Below, in pieces: positions 44,555 through 56,500 of a DNA stretch of 64,000 nt. The notes under the pieces are model-generated. The model saw only the letters and a list, made by a program, of their open reading frames with translations. It did no database searches and was not told the DNA's origin. This DNA is from Adineta vaga (lineage: Eukaryota; Animalia; Rotifera): assembly GCA_021613535.1 (NCBI GenBank), contig CP075492.1:8197653-8261652 (forward strand), in the 5' to 3' direction. Both the position numbers and the translations under genes were made by a program. The stretch's first letter is position 1, and every line of letters starts with the position of its first letter.

Positions 44555-47500
44555 ATGGCAAGATTTGATCATCTCACTTTCTGGTGTTTTTTGTTGATTA
44601 TTGATGGAGCAGTTGGTAAGTATCTTTGAAAGATTGTGTTGTCTTCATTGTCAAAATGAGATAGATGTTGCTGATAATAGTCATAGTTTATTTCGAGAGA
44701 TTTGTACTGAAGAATTCTCATGAGAGACAAATATGAGGAGAGAAATTGATCAGTTAGAAAAGAGTGATATGAGTAATTTGTTTCGAGTGAAAACTCTGTC
44801 ATTTTCTTTTTCTCCAGCTATCTCGTACAATCAACCAAAATTTTGTCCGAATGCATCATGGAATGCTACGGCCTTAACATTTGCAACAAATACAATTGTT
44901 GGCTCAACTCCTTATGGTATTTTTGTCAACTCCAACAATACCGTTTATGTAGCAAATCGCGAATCCAGTCGAGTTCATGTGTGGTTAGAAGGAAGTACAA
45001 CATCTATTCGAAATCTTTCGAGTGGTTTGAATCTTCCATATAGTGTGTTTGTCACTGATAATGGTGATATTTTTGTTGATAATGGTCAAACAAATAATAG
45101 AGTTGATCGATGGCAAACGAATTCTACTGACAGCATTCCAGCGATGTATACAGTGGAACATGTTATGATCTCTTCGTTGATATGAATAATAATCTTTACT
45201 GTTCCATGAAAGGTGACCATCAAGTTCTCAGTAATTCACTGACTAGTCGTTTAAATCTTTGGAGCATTGTAGCAGGCACCGGCACTGCTGGAGCAACAGC
45301 AATCACTATTAATAGTCCTTATGGAATCTTTGTCGATACAAATCTGAATTTATATCTTGCGGATTCAGGAAATCACCGAATTCAGTTGTATGCATATGGT
45401 CAACTGACTGGAACAGCTGTAGCAGGTGCTTCAGCTGCAGGAACTATTACACTCAGTATGCCAACTGATGTAGTACTTGATGCTGATGGTTATCTTTTTA
45501 TTGTTGACAGTGGAAACCACCGAATTGTTGGTTCTGGACCGTATGGGTTTCGTTGTATTGCAGCATGTACCGGAGCAGGTGCAACAGCCGTTAAATTAAA
45601 CAATCCAATCAGTTTCAGTTTCGATACTTATGGAAACATATTTATCACTGATCGAGATAACAATCGAGTTCAAAAATTTCTTATATCAACAAATGTTTGT
45701 AGTAAGTACAATTATTTCTCTGCAACATACTGTTCAGACTTGATTGAGACTTTGTTTATCAGAATAGAACGATTTGTATATTCCAAATGAGACTTGCTTA
45801 GATAGTTCATCAGTTAGATCTGTCTTTATCAGCGATCTTAATATGACAATTACAGGCAAGTTTATTTATTGTAGATGGAACGTCAACTACAACAACTGCT
45901 AGTGGTATGTCAATCACACTCTTGTTCTCATTTCGATATTGATAAACAATTGTTTTTATCGTTTTTAGTAACAGCATCATCGAGCATCATTCCAACAAGT
46001 ACATCTTCTGTGCCAAGTTCTTATTCAAATGGTAATCTGATTGTTTAGTGTACTTTTTCGTACAGGTCTTTTGAACTATAATTCTAAGGGTGCAAATATC
46101 AATAGTGAATCATAAATAGGCTGTTGGAAAGGTCAGTGAGAATGATTGATGGAAATCGATCAAGGAAAAAAAACAAGTTGAGAAGAGTATCAGAGACAAT
46201 CATACTTTTGAATAGTTGATCAATGCATAGATCTCACAAATCATATGATACATGCGAGATTACGAATAATAAGACTACCATTTCAGTTGACATGATAGAT
46301 CATAGTTTGTAAGGAAGCTTATGACAAACACTGATACTATACGATCTATTCTACTATTAGAGATGACAAGGACAAAAAGATTGATATTGCGAGTTTCTCA
46401 TCAGATTCACTACTCATTTCGTCGTCGAAAGAGACAACATAAATCATACACAATCATGTATTTTGCTATTTCCTCTTTTGTTGATTTCGATTATTGATAA
46501 AAGAACGATGATATGCATCATGATGATGTAGCTTTCGTCGCAACAGGACTTATATGAGTAACTTTGCGGTAGAAGAATTTCACAGTTGTCAAACAACTAA
46601 CGATGAAAACCAAATATAATGTGATTTTGTTATAGTTATTTCATACAATCAACCAAAATTTAGTCCATATGCAATATGGAGTGGAAATGCAATTACATTC
46701 GCTACGAGTACAACAGTGGGCGCCGAACCCTTTGGTATTTTTGTCGATAAAAACAATACTGTCTACGTTGCAAATAGAGGTGATAACAAGATTCAAATCT
46801 GGCTCGAAGGAAGTACAACACCTAGTCGTACTATAACAACTGATGTGGGCTATACATATAGTATTTTTGCTACAGTAACAGGTGATATTTATATTGATAA
46901 TGGATATTCATATAAGCGTGTTGATAAATATACATCAAATGGAACAATACGAACATCAGTCATGTCTGTTAAATATATATGTTATGATATTTTTATTGAT
47001 GTCAGCAACAATCTTTATTGTTCATTGTATGATTATCATCAAGTTGCAATGACATCGTTAAATAACAATTCTACGATGTGGACTATCGCTGCGGGAACAT
47101 ACTGTTCTGGTTCAACTGCTAATAAGCTTTATTTGCCTCGTGGAATCTTCGTCGACACTTCTCTCAATCTGTATGTTGCTGATTGTGGCAATAATCGCGT
47201 TCAACTCTTTCAATCAGGACAATTAGTTGCAACTACAATAGCAGGTGCATCAGCCGCAGGAACCATTTCACTCAGTTGTCCTAGTGATGTGATGCTGGAT
47301 GGTGATGGATATTTGTTCATTTTGGATAGTAGTAATCATCGTATTGTTGGATCAGGACCGAATGGTTTTCGTTGTTTAGTTGGATGTACAGGCGCTGCTG
47401 GTAGCACATCAAGTGGTTTGTATTTGCCATCAACTATGAGTTTTGACAGCTATGGAAATATCTATGTCGCTGATCGAATTAATTATCGTATACAAAAGTT

Positions 47501-50500
47501 TATTCTACAAGCAAATACGACTTATCGTAAGTGTGATGTACTCAGTAATAGTATGATAGATAGTTGTGAATATATCGACTGTTCAATGAGCGATATTGAT
47601 GATGCGAATGACTGGTCGATTTTGATCTCACGAACGATTTCTTATAATTGAGTCTTTGTTGAAAACTATGTTTAAACATTGATGACATGACATGAAGGTA
47701 GTGATTTTTCTTCTCATTTAGTTTTATTTGTTTCATTCTAGCTTTTTCTTTCAATCAGCCGAAGTTTTGTCCATCCGCCACTTGGTATACTGATGGTGTT
47801 ACTTTTGCAGACACTCGAATACTTAATACTTACGTTTTTGGAGTCTTCGTTGATGTTAATAATACTGTTTATATACCTAGCTGGCTAAATGATCAATCAT
47901 ATGTATGGAGAGAAGGAAGTCTTTTTCCTGACAGAAATTTGACTGGTGGGATGGATGGATCATTGAGTATTTTCGCAACACTTTCCGGTGATATTTATCT
48001 TGATAATGGTCTCAGTTATGGTCGAGTAGACAAATGGAGTCCAAGTTCCACGAGTGGTATATCGGCTATGACAATTACCGCACAATGTTATGATCTGTTT
48101 GTCGATACAACTAACACTCTCTACTGTTCAATGACTGGCAGTCATCGAGTTGCAAAGAAATGGTTGTCTAATAATGACACAGCTAATACAATAGCAGCTG
48201 GTACAGGTGGTACTAGTTCAGCTGCAAGCGATCTTTACTATCCTTGTGGAATTTATGTTGACTATCTGTTTAATTTATATGTTGGAGATTGTGGTAATGA
48301 TCGAATTCAAATGTTTCCTTTGGGACAAATGAATGCTATTACCATAGCTGGTAATGGTGCACCAGGTACCTTTACATTTGACTGTCCAAATGATATTGCA
48401 TTTGATGGTAATGGATATTTATTTGTAACTGATAACTACAATAATCGACTCATTGGATCAGGTCCATATGGATTTCGATGTTTGTTTGGTTGTACAAAAG
48501 TTGCAGGTTCATCATCTAGTCAACTGAATAGTCCACGAGAATTCAGTTTCGATAGTTATGGAAATATCTTTGTTGCTGATCAAGTCAATTATCGAGTTCA
48601 AAAGTTTCTCTTAGCAAGCAATTCATGTAGTGAGTGATGTTTTTTATTCGTTTTTTGATGCAGATATTTTATTGTAATGGAAATTGATGTATTTGTTCAT
48701 CTAGATATTTCATACAATCAACCAAACTTTTGTTCCGATGCTTCATGGTTTGCCAATGCATCAACATTTGCAGCGAGTACTACTATTGGTTCATTACCTT
48801 ATGGTATCTTCATTGATGGAATCAATACTGTTTATGTTGCAAGTCAATCGAATAACATTGTTTTAATATGGTCACAGTATGATAGTACACCAACAAGAAA
48901 TAACTCTGGTAATTTGAATCGTCCATACAGTACTTTTGTTTCATTGGCTGGTGATGTTTATGTTGATAATGGATATGCAAATGGTCGAGTAGATAAGTTT
49001 TCATTTAATTCATCAATTGTAACGACTGTAATGAAGGTGAATGGAAGTTGTTATGGTTTATTTGTTGATAGTAATAATTCTTTGTATTGTTCGCTTCGTG
49101 ATATTCATCAAGTGGTACAAGTTTCACTGAATAATGGTACAACTATTCCATGGGTGATATTAGGAAATGGAAGTGCAGGATCATCATCGAACATGCTTAG
49201 TTTTCCTCAAGGAATCTATGTGGATATCAATATGCAGTTGTATGTTGCAGACTGTGGAAATGATCGAATTCAGCGTATGTCAACAATAGGACAAATGAGT
49301 GCGGAGACTGTTGTTGGCAATGGTTCATCATCCGGAGATATGACTTTGCGTTGTCCTAGTGGAGTTGTGATGGATAAAAGCGGTTATTTATTTATTGTGG
49401 ATAGTTATAATCATCGAATCATTGGATCAGGGCCTTATGGATTTCGATGTATTGTTGGTTGCAATGGTATTAGTGGTTCAAGTGCAAGTCAATTGTCATT
49501 TCCACAAAGTATGGCATTTGATAGTTACGGGAATATATATGTTACTGATCGAAATAATAGTCGAATTCAAATGTTTTCTGCTCAGAAAACGAATTGTAGT
49601 AAGTAATTGTTGTGAGGAAGAAGTAGTAGTGAGAATATCATAGTTGTTGAAAGAGAGATAATAAGTAATATTGAGCAACTTGTTCTGTGTTAGAGTGAAG
49701 AAATACCTGTCTAAACTTAATTATTTGCAGGCTCACCGACGACGATTCAAACGAGTATGATGCCTTTTACATCTGGCGTGCCAACAACAGTAGCTACTGG
49801 AACGAATAATATGCAAGAAACGAGTTTGATGACAAGTGCAACACAATCAAGTACCTCAACTAGCACGTCTACCACCACGTCCAGTACATCCACGAGCACG
49901 TCCACTACGACGTCTTCCACCACTTCTACCACCACGTCCAGTACATCCACTTCAACGTCCACCAGTACTTCTACCAGTACTTCTACCACCACGTCCAGTA
50001 CATCCACTTCAACGTCCACTAGTACTTCTACCACCATGTCCAGTACATCCACTTCAACGTCCACTAGTACTTCTACCACCACGTCCAGTACATCCACTTC
50101 AACGTCCACTAGTACTTCTACCAGTACTTCTACCAGTACTTCTACTACCACGTCCAGTACATCCACTTCAACGTCCACCAGTACTTCTACCAGTACTTCT
50201 ACTACCACGTCCAGTACATCCACTTCAACGTCCACCAGTACTTCTACCAGTACTTCTACTACCACGTCCAGTACATCCACTTCAACATCCACCAGTACTT
50301 CTACCAGTACTTCTACTACCACGTCCAGTACGTCCACTTCAACGTCCACGAGCACGTCCACGAGCACGTCCACTACGACGTCTTCCACCACGTCCAGTAC
50401 GTCCACCACCTCGTCTAGCAGTTTTATCACCGCATTCACCTCAATGTCCACCACAACATCTACTACATCCATTACGTCTACCGGTATGTTAATCACTTTC

Positions 50501-53500
50501 ATTTATCTTGAAATAGTTGTTCACTGTGTCTCTCTCTCTGAAAATATCTATATATTCTTTTTAGATGACCCAATGTCAACCACAACATCAGTAACAACAA
50601 CAGAAGAATTCAAAGGTAACTATATCTGACATTATTATATTACACTAGCAAAACATAAACTATGACTGTATGTGTTTGTTATTTGAATATTAGTTTGTTA
50701 TTCACCAACGATTACACTTATTCCTGGTGGATCATCTTTGACATCACCACTACAATATCGACGAAATCAAGATTTTTCCATCAGTTCAACAATTCAGTTT
50801 CGTTGTAATGCATCACTTGCAACTCTGATGCAATGGTCAGTGAAGAATTGTACTTCGACTTCATGTCTCTATCGAATTGGATTGAGTGACAAGATCCGTA
50901 CAACGTTGAGTGAATTCTATGTTCCATCAAGAACTTTTGCTTATGGAATGTATGAACTGACTTTAACTGTAACAATGAAACAGTTTCCAAGTGCAAAATC
51001 ATCTTCTTCAGTTCATGTCATGATAACTCCATCAGGAATTACAGCAAATCCTGTTCCATTGGGAACATCGATGATCACACGTGGTAAAGAACAAGATCTC
51101 GAACTTGATCCAGGATCGTATTCAGTTGATCCTGATGAAGATTCATTCGATGCAAGTGTAAGTAACAGTCATCTTTTGATCATGCATAGAAATCTATCGT
51201 CATAGATTAATATTTTTATACTGAAATGAATCTTAGTAGATAATGATGATCATTTGTAAGTCAGTCATTGATAAGAGCAGATTAGTTCTTGGCAATGTTC
51301 AGTTATTCGTGTAGATAAGAATTGATTGTTGTTTATTCGAATTTGTAGGAGTATTTATTGCATGAAATGATGTTTTATTTTGGTTTAGAAATGGAAATAT
51401 GACTATTATTGTCGATGGTATGGTTCATATAATTTTCCAAATAGTCAAGGACGATTGTTAACAATTGAAAATTCGAAAAGTGATGCATTGAATCCATCAT
51501 GCTTGTCGAATCGATCAGGTAGGAATAGTGAATAGAGATTGATGATAATATCCATCTATTTTCATTCTATTGAAATAAAGATAATGGAACAGGTTTAATC
51601 TTTGGTAATTTGACTTCTTCACCAAAATCATCGTTAACAATTGTGTCTGGTACTCTTGAATCGAATCAAATGTATCAATTCATGGTTTATATGGAAAATC
51701 GCAAGAATGCTTCGATTCAAGCCACAGGCTTTGTTATTGTGACAATCGAAGATACCCTCCCAAAATTGGTTGTTATTGGGTAAAGTCATTACACTGATTA
51801 AGTGTTAGATATATGTGATGATCTGTTTTCGTGTACTTGTAGCTGTGTGATATCAACATTATGTTCACCAAATCTTGAATTTCAACTAGTCAATCCAACA
51901 ACACAAGTTGCATTGTTTGCTTTTTGTGTTGGAGTTTGTGAAAATCTTGTCGATATTCATTGGAATATTTATAAAGGTGATAGTAATTCATCTTCGAATT
52001 CTACTCAATGGACTTTGTTCGATCAAATGATTACATATGAGAATATTTGGTTTTTTGGTAAAGATGTTGTTGTTGTTTTGTGTGAATGAAGATGAGAATG
52101 CGTTTGTTTTTGTAGGAAGCAATACAAGTAATTTTACAGCATCATATCGTTTATTTATTGATAATCCAAGTATTCGATTATGGCGATTCGAAGTTGTCTA
52201 TCAATTTGCGAATGAATCAAGTACAAGTGCATTGAATTTTGTTATGAATCAATCGCCTTCGAATGGTTCATGTACGATGAATCCAAAGAATGGAACAACA
52301 ACAAGTTCATTTACTGTTTCATGTCCCAATTGGTATGATGAAGATGGAGTCAAAGATTATTCATTATATGGTATGTAGAGAAGTTTGTGAATATGATCAA
52401 TGTATGTATGTATAAAATGATGATTGTAGTATGGACAAGTGATATATCAAAGAAAGTAATGATTGCATTTTCATCTGTTTCTCAATTTCAAGTTCGATTA
52501 CCAGCTGGAGATGAACAAACATCATCATTCCATATGATTATTTATGTTCGAGATCTTGTTGATTGTGTGACAGAAGTGAATATGTCATCTGTTCATGTGA
52601 TTGTTGATAGTGTTAGCATGAATGATTTGATGAGTAATGTACAAATGAGTTCATCGGATGCAGTATTGTCAAATAATCCAATGGTACAATTACTTTCAAG
52701 TGGAAATCAGAATGTTGTTGGACAAGTTCTTACATCGCTTTCACAACAACTCAATCAGATGGAAAGTGAAAGTAGTGAAAAAGCAATATCAAGTAAATCT
52801 CATTAAATATATATATATTAGGATGCGATGATTAGAGATGCAAACAATGTTCATCACTTGCTTTTTGTTTGTTCGTTTAGATGGAGTACCAGCTGCAAGT
52901 GTATCCATATCATCATTGGGAAGCTCAAATTCAGGAGGCAACGAAGTAAGTAAATGTCAAAGTAGATATGTTTTGATTTGATGATTTCTGTGTATTTGAA
53001 TAGTCTGTGACATCATCATCATCATCAGTGAATGCATCTGCATTAGCTGAATATAGTAAAGAAGTGAATTCTCAAGCAAATATGAGAGATTATGTGATAT
53101 TATATGTAACAAATCTTGCAATCACAACATCGAATAGTATTAAACTTCAAGCGTCGACATTAGCACAAATGACTCAATCAACAAATCAGTTGACAAGATC
53201 AGCTTTGGTAAGAAGATTTGTAAAAATGAAAGGAAAGAATGTGGCATATATGATTTTAGACAGTTGCATCTAATAGATGTTATGATTTAGCTTTGGCATT
53301 GTATTCGATGGCTCAAAAGATCCCGTATGAAGATGTGGAAGTGGCAGCAAATCAACTAATTCAATGTGCTTCGAACATCTTGACGGTAGTAGAGATATTT
53401 TGATAGTTGAGAAGTACATATCTTTATGCACTATTCATAATTCGATTAGTTCGTTGTGTATAAAGGAAAAGCGAAAGTGTTTCTTTTCACTTGATTTAAA

Positions 53501-56500
53501 TGACGATAATATATGATGAATTTGTGATCGTTTTAGAGTGTCAATGGACCATTACAAGAACGAACACTTTCACTTGATTTGGATATGTCACGAGCCAATG
53601 CAATCTCAACTGATTATGATACTGACATTGAATCGGAATGGTCAAGTATAAGTAAGATTATTTGCATTTATCATCATGGATTGTTTCATTTTGTCTCCAT
53701 TTCAAAATGCAGGTTCTAGCGATAGTACAGATAGTAGTTCAATTGAAGAAAGACGAAATCTATATTATCAAAAGAAATTAGCAAATGAAATTCAAGTTCA
53801 ATCAACACAAATCATTTCATTCGTCACATCTTCATTAAAGATTCATTTGAATGTTGGTCAAAATTTACTCATCAATACATCACAAACATTTATGTCATTA
53901 GAAACAATATCGATCGAATCTTTATCAAATAAAACGATTAAACAAGTTGGATCTGCCTCATTTTATCTTCCATCTCAGTTCACATTGAATACAACAGATC
54001 ATCATAGTTCAGTTTCACTTCGAGTAAGTTCTTCTTTCTTTCTTTTCGTTTTTTATGTGCGATGATAATTGATGTTCTGTTGTTGTTATTGTGCTTAGTC
54101 CAAAATGGATCCACTTGCTGTGAATGGTAATTTTTCTAATACAAATCTTTCGAGATCAGTTGCATTAACATTTGTGGATAATAATGGAAATGAAATTCCA
54201 TTTTCAACAAATCGCAGTACACCAATCAAAGTTATTATACCTCGTGATCCTAGTATCATTATTTCATCAATGTATCTTCAAAATGTAACTACATCAATGA
54301 ATAAAACAACATCTAATCATGTATTATTTCATTTACATTATATTAATATCACGAGTTCACTTTCGATTTCCGTTCATTTGGAAATTCGATCATTGAATGA
54401 AAGTTTAGGTTATTTATTTATTTATAAATTTGATCAAACACCACAATTGAATAGTTCAATCAAGTCAATTGATGGATGGACAATATTTTGTCCTTCGAGT
54501 AATGAAGTTATTGATATGAATTTGATGTGTTGATGTATTGTTTTGTTTTGTAGTGTTAAATGATGAAAAGATGTATAAATATTATATTGATAATGAAGAA
54601 ACATCAGATCATCAATCATTGATATTTGGTATACGTGAATTGAGTATTTTGGAAATGAATGAATATTGTTGGAATAATAAAACATTAGATAATAGTAGTG
54701 TACCAGTGACAGACATAGAATGTAATTTTACATCGAATTATGAATTACGTATTTATACATCAGGTTGTTATTATCTTGATGAGAATAATAATTGGAAATC
54801 AGAAGGATTAGTTGTAAGTATGATGATGATGATGATGATGATGATGTCATAGTGTTGTTATTGATTTGAAGAGAATCTCAGTTATTTATTTTTTGTATAA
54901 AATAATAAATAGGTTGGACCATTGACGAATCATTATGAAACTGAATGTCTATCGAATCATTTGACAACATTTGCTGGTGGATTTATTGTTTTACCTGCAC
55001 CAATCAATTGGAGTTATGTATTTGCTAATGCTGATTTTATGAAAAATAAGACTGTGTATTTGACAATGATTTGTACATCGGTACTTTATATTATTCTAAT
55101 GATTTATGGTCGTTTCAAAGACAAGAAAGATATTGAAAAAGTAAATATGTAAAGTAGTTGAAATGAAAATGAATGTTTTCGTTTTGTTTTGTAGTTGGGA
55201 GTGACACCATTGGGTGATAATCGTAGATCTGATCAATATTATTATCAGATTCTTGTTTTTACTGGTCAACGAACGAATGCTGGTACAGAATCGAAAGTAA
55301 ATGATTGCCAGAGAAAAGGAATGGATGAGGGAAAAGATTGTTTTTTGTCTTTTTTGATTAGGTTCATTTTGTGTTGGCAGGTGATGAAGATCAAACAGAG
55401 ATTCGTGCATTAGCTGATCCACATCGAAAGATCTTTCAACGTGGTGGTATTGATGCTTTTGTTATGGCAGTACCAAAGTAAGTTCGAATACAAATGAATG
55501 TGAAGAAGAGAATTAATTGATGAATGATTATGTGATGAAATGATATTTAGATCATTGGGATTGTTGAATTATATTCGAATTTGGCATGATAATTCAGGTG
55601 CAGGATCATCAGCATCATGGTATTTGAAATATATCATTGTTCGTGATCTTGAAACAATGGAAAAGTTTTATTTTATTGCTCAAAGATGGTTGGCAGTTGA
55701 ACAAGATGATGGACGAGTAAGTTGAAAAAGAAGATAGTATTGATAGAATGAACGAGAAAATGTGATTATTGTTTTGTTTTATTTTATTTGAATATAGATC
55801 GAACGAATATTGCCAGTAGCTGGTGAAATGGAAAAACAAGAGTTTTCATATGTATTATCGAAGAAAGCATATCATAGTGTATCTGATGGTCATTTGTGGT
55901 TTTCGATCTTTTCTCGTCCACCATCGAATCGATTTACTCGTGTACAACGATGTACTTGCTGTTTTGTTTTATTTTTTGTATCGATGTTACTCAATATCAT
56001 GTATTATGATTTATCAAATGAAGCCAAATCAGCAAATCAAACACAAACGAATGGTTTAGTCATCGGTCCTCTTTACATCACACCACAACAGGTAAGATGA
56101 TTAGTGAAGTGAGTGAAAGAGACGGAGAGCAACATTCAGTTGGAAATCAATGCTTGTGGATTTGATGAAATGTGATAGTTGTTCATATTGTTATTTGTTA
56201 ATGTGATTAGATTGGAATTGGAGTCATGGTTGAACTGTTAACACTTATTCCAAGTCTTTTTATTGTTCAACTCTTTCGTCGCATTCGATCTCGACAACAA
56301 ACTTCACCATTACGTCAAGCATTACATAAAATCAACGCATCTCGAGCATTGTTCGTATATATATATATATATATATATTATATTTATCGTCTGTGAGAGT
56401 TGTTCACTTTTGTTTTTCATTGTAGTTCGGAAAGTGTTGAATCAATGCGAAGAAAGAAACTACCAAGAACATTGCCTTGGTGGTGTTTGTTTATTGCCTA

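Noticed and set aside
44569-44802. Minus-strand ORF 44569..44802 overlapping the signal-peptide exon and first intron of the PKD-like gene
   Set aside because: No motifs. It is antisense to a well-supported exon-intron structure and to the MARFDHLTFWCFLLIIDGAV signal exon.
49747-50502. Long ORFs in two other frames of the S/T repeat (PRPVHPLQRP… on the plus strand, VDVLDVVVEVL… on the minus strand)
   Set aside because: The periodic 45-nt repeat keeps every frame open. Only the TSTSTS frame is continuous with the flanking NHL and REJ exons through phase-matched splice sites.
54538-54852. ORF ending in a poly-Met run (MMMMMMMMMS)
   Set aside because: The Met run is a (GAT)n microsatellite lying immediately after a GTAAGT donor at 54811, so it is intronic.
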